This document shows, piece by piece, positions 49,369 to 61,625 of a stretch of 64,000 nucleotides of DNA. The stretch's first letter is position 1. Every line of letters begins with the position of its first letter. This DNA comes from Podarcis tiliguerta (lineage: Eukaryota), in assembly GCA_965153285.1 (NCBI GenBank), contig OZ229114.1, one strand, 5' to 3'. Position numbers and translations under genes: made by a program. Under the pieces are notes generated by a model. That model searched no databases. It was not told the origin of the DNA and was given only the letters and a program-made list of their open reading frames with translations.

Positions 49369-50782
49369 CAGTGGTACCTTGGGTTACAAACACTTTGGGT
49401 TACAGACTCCGCTAACCCGGAAGTAGTAGTACCTCAAGTTAAGAACTTTACCTCAGGCTGAGAACAGAAATCGCACACCGGCAGCCTTGCGGCAGCGGAA
49501 AACCCCATTAGCTGAAGTGGTACCTCAAGTTAAGAATGGACCTCCAGAACAAATTAAGTTCGTAACCAGAGTGTCAGCTCAGTGCCTTCTGTGCCTCTGC
49601 TGAGAAAGCTGGGACGCAGGGAGATAAGATTAGGCTGGAATGTGAAGTGGGAGAGGACCAGCCAAGCTAAGTAGGAGCCTGATCTCAAAGAACAGGAAGG
49701 GGAGAATCCGAGGGGGAACACACAGACTGTAAATTTGAGCTCGGACTCAGACAGGAACACCAGAAATAGCCTGCCCAAAGACACGTAGGCTCGAGAGAAT
49801 ACGCGAGAGGCAGGAAAGCGAAAGAAAGAGAAAGTGGGGTTTTCGTTGCTGGGGAGGGAAGAGGCGGAGCTCAGACTCAGCAACAGCAAACTTGGGAGAA
49901 GATGCCGAGGACTGAGCTCCAGGGGCGTTGGAAAGGGGGGGGGGGCGGGTCTCCCCAGGTGCCATCATGGAGGGGGGGGGGGTTGACAAATTATCAAGGA
50001 ACAATTACTGCCCTGCTAGGGTGGTTCATAAAAAACTTTTTTTAAAAAAAATGCCTGCTCCAAAGGTCTTATCTTACTACACTAGGGATTATATAGCTAT
50101 ATATGAAATTTCATGCATATCAGTTAATATCTTGACCCTCCTCCACAAAAATAGCTGTTTACTTAGCTGTTTTCCTATGTTGTGAAGGCTGAAATTTCAA
50201 CAAAGCATGTGCCTTTGCTAGACTCTTTTCAGGCACCTGCTAAAAGCATTCTTCTTTAGGCAAGCACACCTAGATGCTTAGGAAGTTGAAGTAATCTTAA
50301 TCTCAATATTTTAGCTTTTGTATGTTTTAAAGTAGGATTATTAATTTTTCTTGATTTTACTGCTGTGGTGTTTTTTTGTTTTTTGTTTTGGTAAACCACT
50401 TTGCAGGGGTTTTTTAAAATAAATTTTATTAAATAAATAAACAATAAATATAAATAAAATAACACAAGCCAAAACACAATCCATCCTGTAGATTTAAGTA
50501 TCGGTCCATAGTCACCTAGTTGTTATCAGAGGCTCAGAATCCACATTCCTTTGTAAGAAAATATGAAATAACATAAAACCATTTTTGCAGGCAAAAAAAA
50601 AAAAAAATCAATGTGGGGGATGGGGTGACAAATTTTCTGCACTGGGCACCACCTGACCTTCCTACGCCTCTGCTGAACTCCGCAGTGATTTGCGTGTTTA
50701 AGCAATAAATCTGAGATAATTACTGCCGGAGCTGCCTCGCTTCTGTAGGAAAAACCTAAGCCATTACACAGAGGTACCACTG
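49369..50782. mobile_element. Tigger MITE > solo LTR (49572-50768) > hAT MITE (49920-50672), triple nest
   Basis: TA-flanked CAGTGGTACCT TIRs; LTR TGTCAG...TTACA with TSD CAGAG; hAT TSD CTGAGCTC/CTGAACTC. Confidence 0.88.
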
Positions 50783-53095
50783 TAGTCTAACCAGGAGCTG
50801 CATGAAGAAATACCTGCTTTTGTCTGCCCTGTATCTTCCAACATTTGGTTTATTGCCTGTCCTTAAGTTCTAGTGCTATGAAAGAGGGAGAAAAACTTTT
50901 CTCCACCCACTCAATCCACCCAATAATTTTATACACTTCTAGACTAACCTCTCTATTGTTCAGAGAGAACAGTGGACAAGCCCTACTTCTTGTTATGGTT
51001 GAAGATGGTTCCAGGTCCTTATCTCTTTTGCCCAGTTCTAGGCACAGGCTAACGAACGATGCCAGCTGGCAAGCAGCTCCCCTAAAGTGCCTACCTACTG
51101 CCAAAACGCGGCTGTGCTTCAGCCACACTTCTGCACCATGCTTCCTGCCTCATCTCTCAGGAGCCAAGTGCTATGTGCTTTACACCAAGGAGACTGATGG
51201 CTCCTCTCTGCCAAAGGAACAAAGCCAGTAGCCAGCTGGGGCCAAGACGGGGGAGTGAACCTGGCCCAGGACCTCTGGAAAGTTGCTTTTAACAAGGGAT
51301 CCAACCAATTTCCCACTGCCATATAATCTTTCATCACTCAGTTCCACACCATCTCCCACACACTGATTCTGCTGGTGTCTGAATAGCCCATCCAAACGGA
51401 GATTTGAGGGGTGGCTCTAATGCTGTTCATTGATGTTGCACCCGTTTGTTGGGGGGGGGGGGACAGGACAGAACAATAGGCTATGCTATCCAAGTGACAG
51501 AGACTTGCCCCAAGTATGTGACAGTGAGATGTACATGCACAGCATTCATATGTGATTTGAGTCACAAAGAAGGAAAGCTACATTTGTTTTTACCCATAAT
51601 ATGCTCCTTAATTTATGGAAGTAGTTTATGGAATTCACTGTCATAAGATACTTTCCCAGGATTGAGTCTGAATGATGTTGCTTGTTTAGCAACCCAAACA
51701 AACACTGTGTGGCAATGGTATCATTAACAGACCTAGCTAGCTTTCATTTAAATCTAAGAACTTTGATCAGTGCCAGTTGGCTCAGTTTGAAAGCACTGGT
51801 TTAAAAAGCATTTGACGCATTCTAAAAAAATAAATCCTGAGTGTGTTTGTGTGTCCCCCACCCCCTGTTTTCCCATTTGTCCTGTTAAAAAACAGGGAGA
51901 AATCCCCAGAAAAACACATTTCTTCTATTTATTCCAAGCCATTTCATCTAATCCCATGGAAATTAGTAGGCATACTTCCAAATAAATATGGTAAAGATCT
52001 CACTGGAAGTTTTAAGTGGTCAGGTTTGGAATATGTGGAAAAGATGTTTCATTTATATTTTGTTAAATTAATAATTCAATTATTTTATTATTAATTAAAA
52101 CTGACAGCACACTAAATTTACTCTTAAAAGTAAGGTGGCAGTGGTGTTGTGTGTGTGTGTAAGAGTTTTAATTTAACTTGTGTTTGGGTGTTTCATAAAA
52201 TAAAAAGTTCAGATGCTGTTATGTGAACAACGTTTAACAGAGTTTTTCTATTGTGGAGATTATTTTGATTCTGTGGATCTTATTGTTTTAGGCTTAGGCA
52301 TTTTTGATGGAAAGGCAGGATTTCAAATGCCTTTGTTTTGCCTATTTTGAGTTTGACATTCATTCTTGTATCAACATGAACCATGAATCATCTCTCTCAT
52401 TAATAAGACATTATTTTAAATTTCTGGCTTTGAATCCTAGAGGTTCTTTTTTTACCTCCACTTGTTCTTTGTTGTTTGCTTTCTTTCTTTCTTTCTAGCA
52501 ATCACTTTGTAGGGTTTCTTTTTTTAGAAAAAACCATACTGAGTGTCAGGATCACAGGGAGGGCTGGTTAAAGCCTTTCCTCTCCAGCTGCAGTCTCCAT
52601 GAAATCTGCCACCCACTGACAATTAGGGAGGAAACCCCCATTTTCACCAAGGGAAGCCTTTTTCCTCATGCCCATTACTGCAAGGAGTGGATTTCACAAC
52701 GATTCTGATCAGTGAAGGGAAGGCTTAACCCCCCCCCCCCGCCACCAAACGGAAGTCTTGCCTTTATATCATCTGCAATTAAAGTTGCATATAAAGGAAG
52801 AGTGTTTGCTATTTGCCAAAGGCAATCTTACTCTCAGTTGACATTGCGAGGGAGTAACATTTGGATAAAAGCAATGGACTCTCCTGTAGATTTAATCCTA
52901 ACTATTTACTCTGCTGCAGAGTCATTTACATTAGTGAAAATGATTCCACAGGAAAGCAGCCCACATTCTTCCATCTTGGCTCTAGGACAAATGGAGATTG
53001 CCTTAACTGCACCAAGGAAAGTTGCCACTCCTTCCTTGCCACATTCCTCTCTTATTATGTGAAGCTAAGTGAAATGAACTCAGAGTCAAGTAGTA

Positions 53096-54368
53096 CCGTA
53101 TTTTTTGCTCCATAAGGCGCACCTGACCATAAGGTGCACCTAGTTTTTAGAGGAGGAAGCAAGAAAAAAAATATTCTGAATCAAATGTTGTAGGATAGGA
53201 GTTTTAAGTGGGGAGGGAAGGAAAAACACTGAAGGGACAAGGAGCACGCGTGGGGTGTGTTGAGAAGGAGGTGGCTAATGATGCAGGAGAAGGGTTTAAG
53301 GGAAGGGAGGAAAGGAAGGCAAAAGTTCTCTCCTCCCCCCCCAAGCCAGATTCCCTCTCTCTCCCCCACCTGCATGTTTTCCGGCTGCCTGCGCGTCCCT
53401 GGCATGCTTCCCTAGACACAGCAGCAGCAGCACCTGAGCACAGGGAGGAGGCGGCGGCGGCAGCTGCCAGTTGCGCTCCTAGCTGCCGGAAGCTGAGCCG
53501 TGTGGGCTGGAGCCTGTGCGCAGTGTGGCTAGGAAGGAATTAGCAGGAAGGACACAATCCTTTCCCCTCTGCTTGGCGCGAGGGCAGGGGATTTCCCTGC
53601 TCTTTGTTGCATTTGTCTGCCACCAATCTCCTTGCTTAGCGTGTCTGCTTGCTGCGAGGTGACGGTGCCGCAGCTGGCGCTGAGCAATGGAAGAGGAAAG
53701 GATCGTGTCCACCTGCTAATTCCTTCCTAGCCGCGTCACCTCACAGCAAGCAGATGCGCTGAGCAAGGGGAATGGGCCTTCGCTGGCCCATTCCGAGCAA
53801 ACACAACAACCGAAAATACAAGAGGGTGGGCAGTAAGACCCTGAGGCAGAGGGCAGGAAAGGAATTCACTGCAGCTGTGCGCTCCCTGCCAGAAAGGGAC
53901 AAGAGCAAAAGGCGGGGAGCAGCGGCTGACTTTAACCGCCCAGTTAAAACCGTATGCGGTGGGGAGCGCAAAACGAAATAGGAGTCGGAATTGAATCCTT
54001 AGGAAGGCGCTACAATAATTAGGCAAGGGGAACAGGGCTGATGAACAGATGGTAGCCTTGGGATGCTGTACAGCGATCGAGAGGCACCACACACAAGGAC
54101 ACTCAAACGCCCCCTTTAACCACACGCTCTCCCGTGCAGCAACTCGACTCACACGCCTCCACACACACACACCAAAATATGCCCGATACAGGAACCCCAG
54201 CAGCCTCCTCTCTGCAGCCTTCCCTCCTCATGAGACACGATCCGATTTTCGCCCCTGCACTCGGGCAATTCAGCTTCAGGGACCACACATTCACTCCATA
54301 AGACGCACAGACATTTCCCCTTACTTTTTAGGAGGAAAAAAAGATGTCTTGTGCAGCAAAAAACACGG
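53096..54368. mobile_element. Large non-autonomous pogo/Tigger-type element
   Basis: CCGTATTTTTTGC / GCAAAAAACACGG termini; subterminal CCATAAG.CGCAC motifs. Confidence 0.8.
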
Positions 54369-54429
54369 CTATTTTATGCTGTTTATTTCAGCTCATAGGA
54401 ACAGTGATTGAATTCCCCCCCAAACCACA

Positions 54430-57057
54430 TTATGTACACAATGAGTACTGCGTGACTGGTTGATTATGTGCTGGGCTAGAAGAAATGCGGCGAGGCGGTA
54501 CTCCCAGTCCCCTTGTGAAGGCTAATCAGTTGTTGCATCTTAGTATCCTACCTGCCTATTGTTCTAGGTTCCAGGCTTAGTACATAACACCCCTCACCTC
54601 TAATTCACAGTCATCAAGGTATGCCAGTCGCCTGCATATGCATTGTGGTCTGGGGTGTCCCTTGGTAGGGGTTCCTGGTTCCAGCTCTTGTTCCGGGGCT
54701 GCCGGCTGTGATGGGGCCATTGGCTTGGGCGCCGCTGGTCTGCTCGGATGTGGCTTTGGTTCCTTTGGCCGCTTGGTCTCAGGGGTCACCGCTGGGCTTA
54801 CTGGTTCTGCCTCCCTTGCCCGTTCCTCCTGTTTTATGGGCCTCACCTCCCAGCTGTCCCCTTGGGATTCCTCTGTCCAGCTCTCCTCCTAGTTTTCCCC
54901 CAGAATCATCACCATAGTTGATCGCAGTGGCAGCACCAGCATTCCCCCCCCCCTCTGTTAATACCTCGTAAGGCATGGGACATGTCGCCCTGGTGACCCA
55001 TGCAGGCCCTGGCCCGAAGTTCTTTGTGAACACTGGGTCTGGGGCCCAGAAGGCCTGGGAGTCCTTGCTCCCCCCCCCCACTGCCTCGTCCTGAGCTCTG
55101 TTGGGGTGAAGGCGGTCCAGTCTTGTTGTGAGGCACTGACCCATGAGTAGTTCCTCTGGGCTCTGGCTGGTCGTCATGCTGGGGGTGCTGTGCTGGGCTA
55201 GAAGAAATGCAGTGAGGCGGTACTCCCAGTCCCCTTGCGTCATGTGGCAGAGGGTGTCCTTGGTGGTCTGCACCATGCACTCTGCCTGGCCATTGGTGGC
55301 AGGGTGGAACGGTGCTGATCATGCGTGACGGATGCCGCTTTGCACGGTGAAAGTCTGGAACTCCTCTGACATGAATGCTGTTCTGTTGTCCAAAATGAGG
55401 GTGTCAGGGACCCTGTGGGTCGCGAACAGGCTCCATAATACTTGGATGGCTGCAACCATAGAAGTGGACAGTAACCAGGGCGACCTCCAGCCATTTGGTG
55501 TATAAGTCCACCACTATGAAGAAGGTTCTTCCCTAGAAGGGGCCCGTGAAGTCCACATGCAGGCGGGACCATGGTGCTCGGGCGGACTTCCAGGGTTGGA
55601 CGGGGGCCCTCAGGGGATCCGGGCGGGACTCCTGGCAGGTCTGGCAGTATTTAACCCAGGCCTCAATCTCCCCATCGATCCCTGGGCGCCACACACAACT
55701 CCTTGCAAGGGCCTTCATTCTCACTACCCTGGGGTATGTCTCGTGTTTGCGGGTCGTGTAGCCCGCAAATTCCAGCCAGGGGTTGCTGTTGGGCCATCCC
55801 CGCCACACCCAGTCCAGGACCCAGGAAATGACCTTATCCTTTGTGGAGTGGTGTGCTACTTCTGGTGCCTGAATGGGTTGGTCGGGAAGCTGTTCCAGGC
55901 TCATAGCCTCTTGTGCAGGCACTGGGTCAGGGCTGGTCTCTGGTAGTGGCAGCTTGCTGAGGGTGTTCGCATGGCTCATCGTCTTCCCGGGTCGGTGGTC
56001 CAGTGTATACTGGTGTCCTGTGAGGAAATTGATCACCTGAGGGTGCAGGATGACAGTACTTGAGGGGTCTGCTTACCCGGGGGCGAACAGGTCCATCCAT
56101 ACAATAAATTGTGGAATTTCTTGACTCCCTTCACAATTGCCAGGCCCTTTTTTTCTATTTGTGTCATGGTCCGGTTTACGAGCAGTCGAAGTCCCAGCTT
56201 AGGACGTTGGGACTGGGGGCAAGAAGGTGGGGTGGAGTCCGGAGACCAAGGGTCCGAGGGGCAGGAAACCAGGGGTCAAGGAACCAAGGGTCTGAGGATC
56301 AGGAAGCCAGGTGCTGTGAGTTACCAATCAGCCTCACCTGTGCGGCCATGCCTTGCCTCTTCAGAACAAACTTAGGAAAGCCCCAGTCCTGTAAAGCCCT
56401 ACCAGTCACAGGGCCTGGCTCCTGCACGCACTCCTGACAATTTGCGGATAGTTCCTCTTGGTTGTGGAGAGGGTCTGGGAAAAGTATGCTACTAGCACCT
56501 CTCTCCCATCTGGGAGTTGGTGCCCCAGGACAGCGCCGACACAGTAGGGCGAGGCATCACATGCCAGCACCACCAGCAGCCTCTCGTCAAAGTGTGCCAG
56601 GACTGAGTTTGAGACGAGCAAGTCTTTGACTGCTTGGAACGCTGCCTCCTGGCACTGCCCCCACACTCATGGGGCCCACTTGTCTAACAGTCTGTGTAGG
56701 GGCTCTGCAGCAGCCTTATGAGGTAAGAAGGCATGGTAAAAGTTCAATAGTCCCAAGAAGGCCTGGAGTTCAGCCTTACCCTTATGTGCCAGGGTGTCAC
56801 AAATAGCCTGCACTTTGTCCCCAGTTGGGTGGACCCCATCTGCATCCACCGTAAATCCCAGAAACTCCACCTGTTGCACTCCTAGCAGACACTTTCCCCA
56901 CTTTAGCTTGAGGCCGTCCATCTGGAAACAGGGCAGGACAGTGCGGAGTTGATCCCCGAACTCCCCTGGCATAGCCCCGGCGATCAACACATCATCGAAG
57001 AAGGGGGTGACACCAGGAATTCTTTTGAGGAGAGAGTCCATTAGATCTTGGAATATC
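54430..57057 (-). mobile_element. Gypsy (Mag/K02A2.6-like) pol: RT-RH-INT, PPT and partial 3' LTR
   Basis: FFDDVLI, LACDASPY, RMKALARS.VW.PGID, PWSRLHVDFTGPF; PPT GAGGTGAGGGGG followed by TGTTATG at 54589. Confidence 0.9.
56162..56439. mobile_element. Short solo LTR inserted in the Gypsy RNase H region
   Basis: TGTCA...TGACA; 5-bp TSD ATTTG. Confidence 0.85.
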
Positions 57058-58505
57058 TTGGAGCATACGGGAGAAAAGATTATATTACTAGGGGATCAGA
57101 ATGGAGTGGTAGCCCCAGATCTGGATAGAACTAAAAAGACCCCAAAAAGAAAACAAATGAAATTACCAAAAACCTTCTTTCAGTTAACAGAAATGTTGAA
57201 TATATATGATGCTTGGAGAACTCAAAATCCATTTAAGAAATAATTCACATACTTTTCATATCCCAATAACACAACCGGAAGAACAGCCACAATTTGGGTA
57301 TCAAAAGATTTAATACCAAAAATATTTAAGACTGAAATCCAACCTAAAACATTATCGGATCATAATGCAGTATTTGTCTGGCTTAAGGGGGGAAAGAGTA
57401 TTTAGATGGAGGTTAAATGAGAGGCTATTAAAAGATGAAAAAATATTAGACAAAGCCAAAAAGACTTTAAAAGAATTTTTCAATTTCAATTTAAATAAGG
57501 TGATTGACTTAAAGATCGTTTGGGATGCCAGCAAACCTGTCCTTAGAGGATTTTTTATACAGCAAAACTCAATCCAAAGAAAACAGAAAGAAAAGAAGAA
57601 GCAAGAAGTGGTAGAAGAGATCAGGAAAAATGAAATAGAATTATATAAAAGACCAGATAATGGGGAAATAAAGAGAAATGTTAAAATACTGCAGTCACAA
57701 TATTCTATGATAATAAATGAAGAAATGGCATGAAAATTAAGATTAATGAAACAGAAATTTTGAGTTTGCTAACAAGCCAGGCAAATTACTGGCTTGGCAG
57801 CTAAAGAAAAAAGAATGTGAAAGGATAATTAATAAAATCAAAATTGGAGACAAAATAATAAGTAACCCTAAGGAAATTGAAAAAAGATTTGCGGAATTTT
57901 ATAAAGAACTCTATAAAGAAGGAAGAGAAACACCAGAAGAGGTAAAAGAATATCTAGACCAAAACAACTTATCAAAATTAACTAATGAACAAAGAGAAGT
58001 CCTGAACTCGCCCATTACAGCATTTGAAATCCAAAGGGCCATTAAGGAATCTAAGTCTGGAAAGACACCAGGACTGGATGGCCTCCCAGCCATTTATTAT
58101 AAAAAATTAGAGGATGTTCTCTCTGAACCTCTCAAAAATATTATGAATAACATTCTGAAAGAGGGCGAGATGCCTGAGTCATGGAAAGAAAGTTTTATTA
58201 CACTAATTCCGAAACAGGGAACAGATCAGCAAGCAATCACTAACTTTAGACCCATGTCACTCCTGAATAATGAGTATAAATTATACACATATATTTTAGC
58301 TGAAAAAACAAAAATAATCCTCCAAAAGATTATCCATAGTGATCAAGCAGGCTTTCTCCCCGGTAGACAGATCCAGAGTAATAAAAAGAAATATTATAAA
58401 TCAGCTGGAATACCTGGATTTAAGAACAGATAAGCCAGCCGTTTTAATGGCAGTGGATGCGGAGAAAGCCTTTGACAATGTATCCTGGAAGTTTATGAAG
58501 GGTAT
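57058..58505 (+). mobile_element. L1 ORF2 fragment (EN C-terminus to RT start)
   Basis: IILLGDQNG, SDHNAV, PGLDGLP, FRPMSLLN, DQAGFLPGR, VDAEKAFD. Confidence 0.9.
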
Positions 58506-60450
58506 TGTCAGCTAGCCAGCTGCACGCGTTGCTGCACTTAGCAGATAAAACACTCCCGGCAGCCAGCCATAAATTCCTTTCTTTATTTCCTTCTGACAAG
58601 ATTACATGCAGAATAAACAAAGCGATCCGTCTCTCATGACGCGTTGCTCTGACTAGTTTCTCTTTTCCCTCTCCCTCGAGACCAACACAACCAATGGCTC
58701 AGCCCCTTCCATCTTTCCCTGTGACGTGGATCCCCCTCTCTCTGAAGCACCCCTTCCTCCCCAGACTCACTATCCTCTTCTCTGTCTTCTGAGGAGGACT
58801 CAGTACTGAGCAGTGGAGATTGTTCCCTGTATCCTCTAATTCTTTCCTCCCTCGCTGCCTGCAGTTCCCTGACATCCACCCTCTCCTCAAAGGCCCCCCT
58901 CACCTCCCTTTCCTGAGAAGGAGCCTCACCCAATGCATCCTCCTCATGCTTCTTGGGGGTAAATCCTAGGAAAATCTCCTCCTCCTCTTCGGTATCATCA
59001 AAAACATTACCCCAACCTCTAACACCTGATGGAACCGGACGCTCTTCACTCACTCCTTCCCTCCACTGTGTTTCCTCTTGGTCCGAGATTGAGAACCCTT
59101 CAAAATCCTCTTCATCGTCCGTCGGCCCAAATGCCCTCTCCATGAACCTCCCTGCGGGTTGTGGCTTATGGGGAAATAGCTCGTGGAAGTCCTCCACCAA
59201 ACCCTCCTCCGTGACCCAATCTGACGGCACCCATGTGTTATCCGATCTGGGAGCCCCTCCCAAGCTACAAGATACTTCAGCTGATTACCCTTCCAACGCG
59301 AGTCCAAAATTTCCTCTATCTGGTGTCCCCGCTCCCTTTCCTTGACTTCTGGCGGTGGCACCTCCCCTTCCCCTCTGCCCAGCCGGTATGCTGACAATAG
59401 CGACTGGTGGAACACGGGATGAATTTTCATGCTCTCTGGCAGCCTCAACCTAAAGGCCACCGGGTTGACTTGCTGTATGATTTCAAAGGGACCCACCCTC
59501 CTGGGTTTGGGTTTCTTACAACCCCCTTTCCAAGGCAAGCCTTGCGTCAATAACCACACCTTATCCCCCACCCGAAGGGTTTCCCCTTCCCTCCAATGCT
59601 TGTCTGCTTGCCTCTTGTTCAACCTCAGTTGTTGTTGAATTGCCTCCATTTCCTCCGCAAACTGTTCAGTGGCTGGCACACTCCACGACTCCTCCCCCCT
59701 CCCAGGGAAAGCCCTAGGATGGCACCTGTGATTAGCAAAAAACGGAGTCATCCCTGTGGACACATTCTCGGAGTTGTTGTATGTAAACTTGGCTAGCGCT
59801 AATTTGTCCACCCAATCGTTCTGCCTCTCCCCCACATAACAACGCAGGTACTGCTGTAATACTGCATTGACCCTTTCCGCCTGCCCATTGCTTTCGGGAT
59901 GTCTGGCGGTGGTGAAACTCACCTCAACTTGCAACAAACTCATGAGTTTGCGCTAGAACCTTGAGGTAAATTGTGTCCCCCTATCTATAATGACCCTTGA
60001 AGGGACCCCATGCAACTTAAACACGTGCTCCACAAACAATTAGGCCGTCTCCTCTGCAGTTACCGCATGAGAACACGCCACAAAATGGCACATTTTGGTG
60101 AGTAGATCCACCACCACCAACACAGCCGTTTCCTCCCTGGACCGGGGCAGGTCAGTGATGAAGTCTACTGATACCACCTCCCATGGCCTCCCTGGTGTTG
60201 GCAGAGGCTCTAATATCCCTGCCAGAGCTGCCCTCTCCCCTTTGGCTCTCTGACAGGTCTCACACCCTCACACATATTCCTTCACATCTTCCCGCACCTT
60301 GGGCCACCAAAATTCCCTGGTGAGCAACAACATGGTTTTGTGTTGCCCAAAGTGTCCTGCCATCGAGCTGTCATGAAGTTGTCGGAGGATTCTGGCCCGG
60401 AGAGCTTCCCCTGGTACATACAAAGCCCCCCGATAAAACAGTAGCCCCCA
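58506..60450 (-). mobile_element. Chromoviral Gypsy 3' part: integrase, GPY/F, chromodomain, acidic tail, PPT, 3' LTR (58506-58874)
   Basis: HPESNGQAER, GPF, IHPVFH, IEEILDSR...YLVAWEG...NTW; LTR TGTCAG...CTGACA. Confidence 0.92.
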
Positions 60451-61083
60451 AGATAAAAAGATTGGATTTGATAATCAGCCCTCTAAACTCGAAACAAAAT
60501 TAAAATCAGGGTAATTTTGAGAATATATCTACTCCTCCTGGAATGGGAAGTTAAGGAGGAGGAGGTTAAGGCAACAATGATTAGATGGGCACAGGACTGT
60601 GGACGTCCAATAATGATGGCCGAATGGGAAGAGCTTTGGAGAATAAATATGAAATTTACGGCGTGTTATAACATCAAAGAAAATATGTTAAAGATGCAGC
60701 ACAGATGGTATCTCACCCCCTCAAGACTATCGAAGATGTATAAAAACTTAGCGAATATTTGCTGGAGGTGTGGTGGGAGTAATGGCGACATGTATCATAT
60801 GTGGTGGACATGTAGGAAGATCAAAGTGTTCTGGGGCTTAATTTACGAGGAGTTGAAAAAAAATGTTTGGAATAACTTTTTAAAAAAGACCAGAGGCATT
60901 TCTGTTAAGCATTGTTGGCAGGGACATCCCGAAGGCCTTTAGGATGGTATTCTTATATGCAATGGCCACAGCTCGGACTTTGGTGGCAAAGGGGTGGAAG
61001 GAACAAGAAGCCCCAACAATAACGGACTGGCAGTACAAGCTTCAAAAAATTGCTGAAATGGCGCAGTTAACAAATACCCTGAG
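60451..61083 (+). mobile_element. L1 ORF2 C-terminal (Cys-rich) fragment
   Basis: RWYLTP, CWRC....GDMYHMWWTC. Confidence 0.88.
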
Positions 61084-61625
61084 AACCAGCAAGTGCTCCA
61101 CTCGTAGCTCTCCCCACAGCTTGTGCAGTTCCCCTCTTCTGGCTGAGGCAGTTGTGGTGTGCGTGTTGCTTGTGTGCATTGCTGCACTCGGTACATGTCC
61201 TCCCTGTCTGATTTGGAGTCGTCTGTGAGGTCCTTGTGTGGACCTTCAGATTGGGCAACGGGCTTGGCTGGAAACCTTGCGCAGACGTCTCAGTGGCTTT
61301 GGTTGCCAGGACCTTCTCCAAAGCAAACTGGAACGTTAGGTCCTTCTTGGCATAGAGGCGTTGTTGCAGCTTTTCGTCCCTCAAGCCACCGACGAGGTAG
61401 TCACAGAGCATGTTCTCCAGCTCTGTGAAGTTGCAGAGCCGGGCAGCCTGGCAGAGAGAGGTCACATACGTTATGGTTTCTTTGGGGGCCTGCTGCTTTG
61501 TATAGAAGGCATTGCGGCAAGCTACCACCGAGGGCCGTGGCAAGAAGTGTCCTTTCAGCTGTTCCTACAGCTGTCCCCTACAGGGAACAGTAGCACTATT
61601 TTGGGGTGTGAGGAGATCCCAGGCC
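61084..61625 (-). mobile_element. Gypsy gag fragment (same element as 54430-57057)
   Basis: LKGHFLPRPSVVACRNAF...CNFTELENMLCDYLVGGLRDEKLQQRL. Confidence 0.8.

Noticed and set aside
56225-56310. Short repeated ACCAAGGGTC units (CRISPR-like?)
   Set aside because: Degenerate LTR-internal tandem repeats in eukaryotic DNA; no spacers or cas genes
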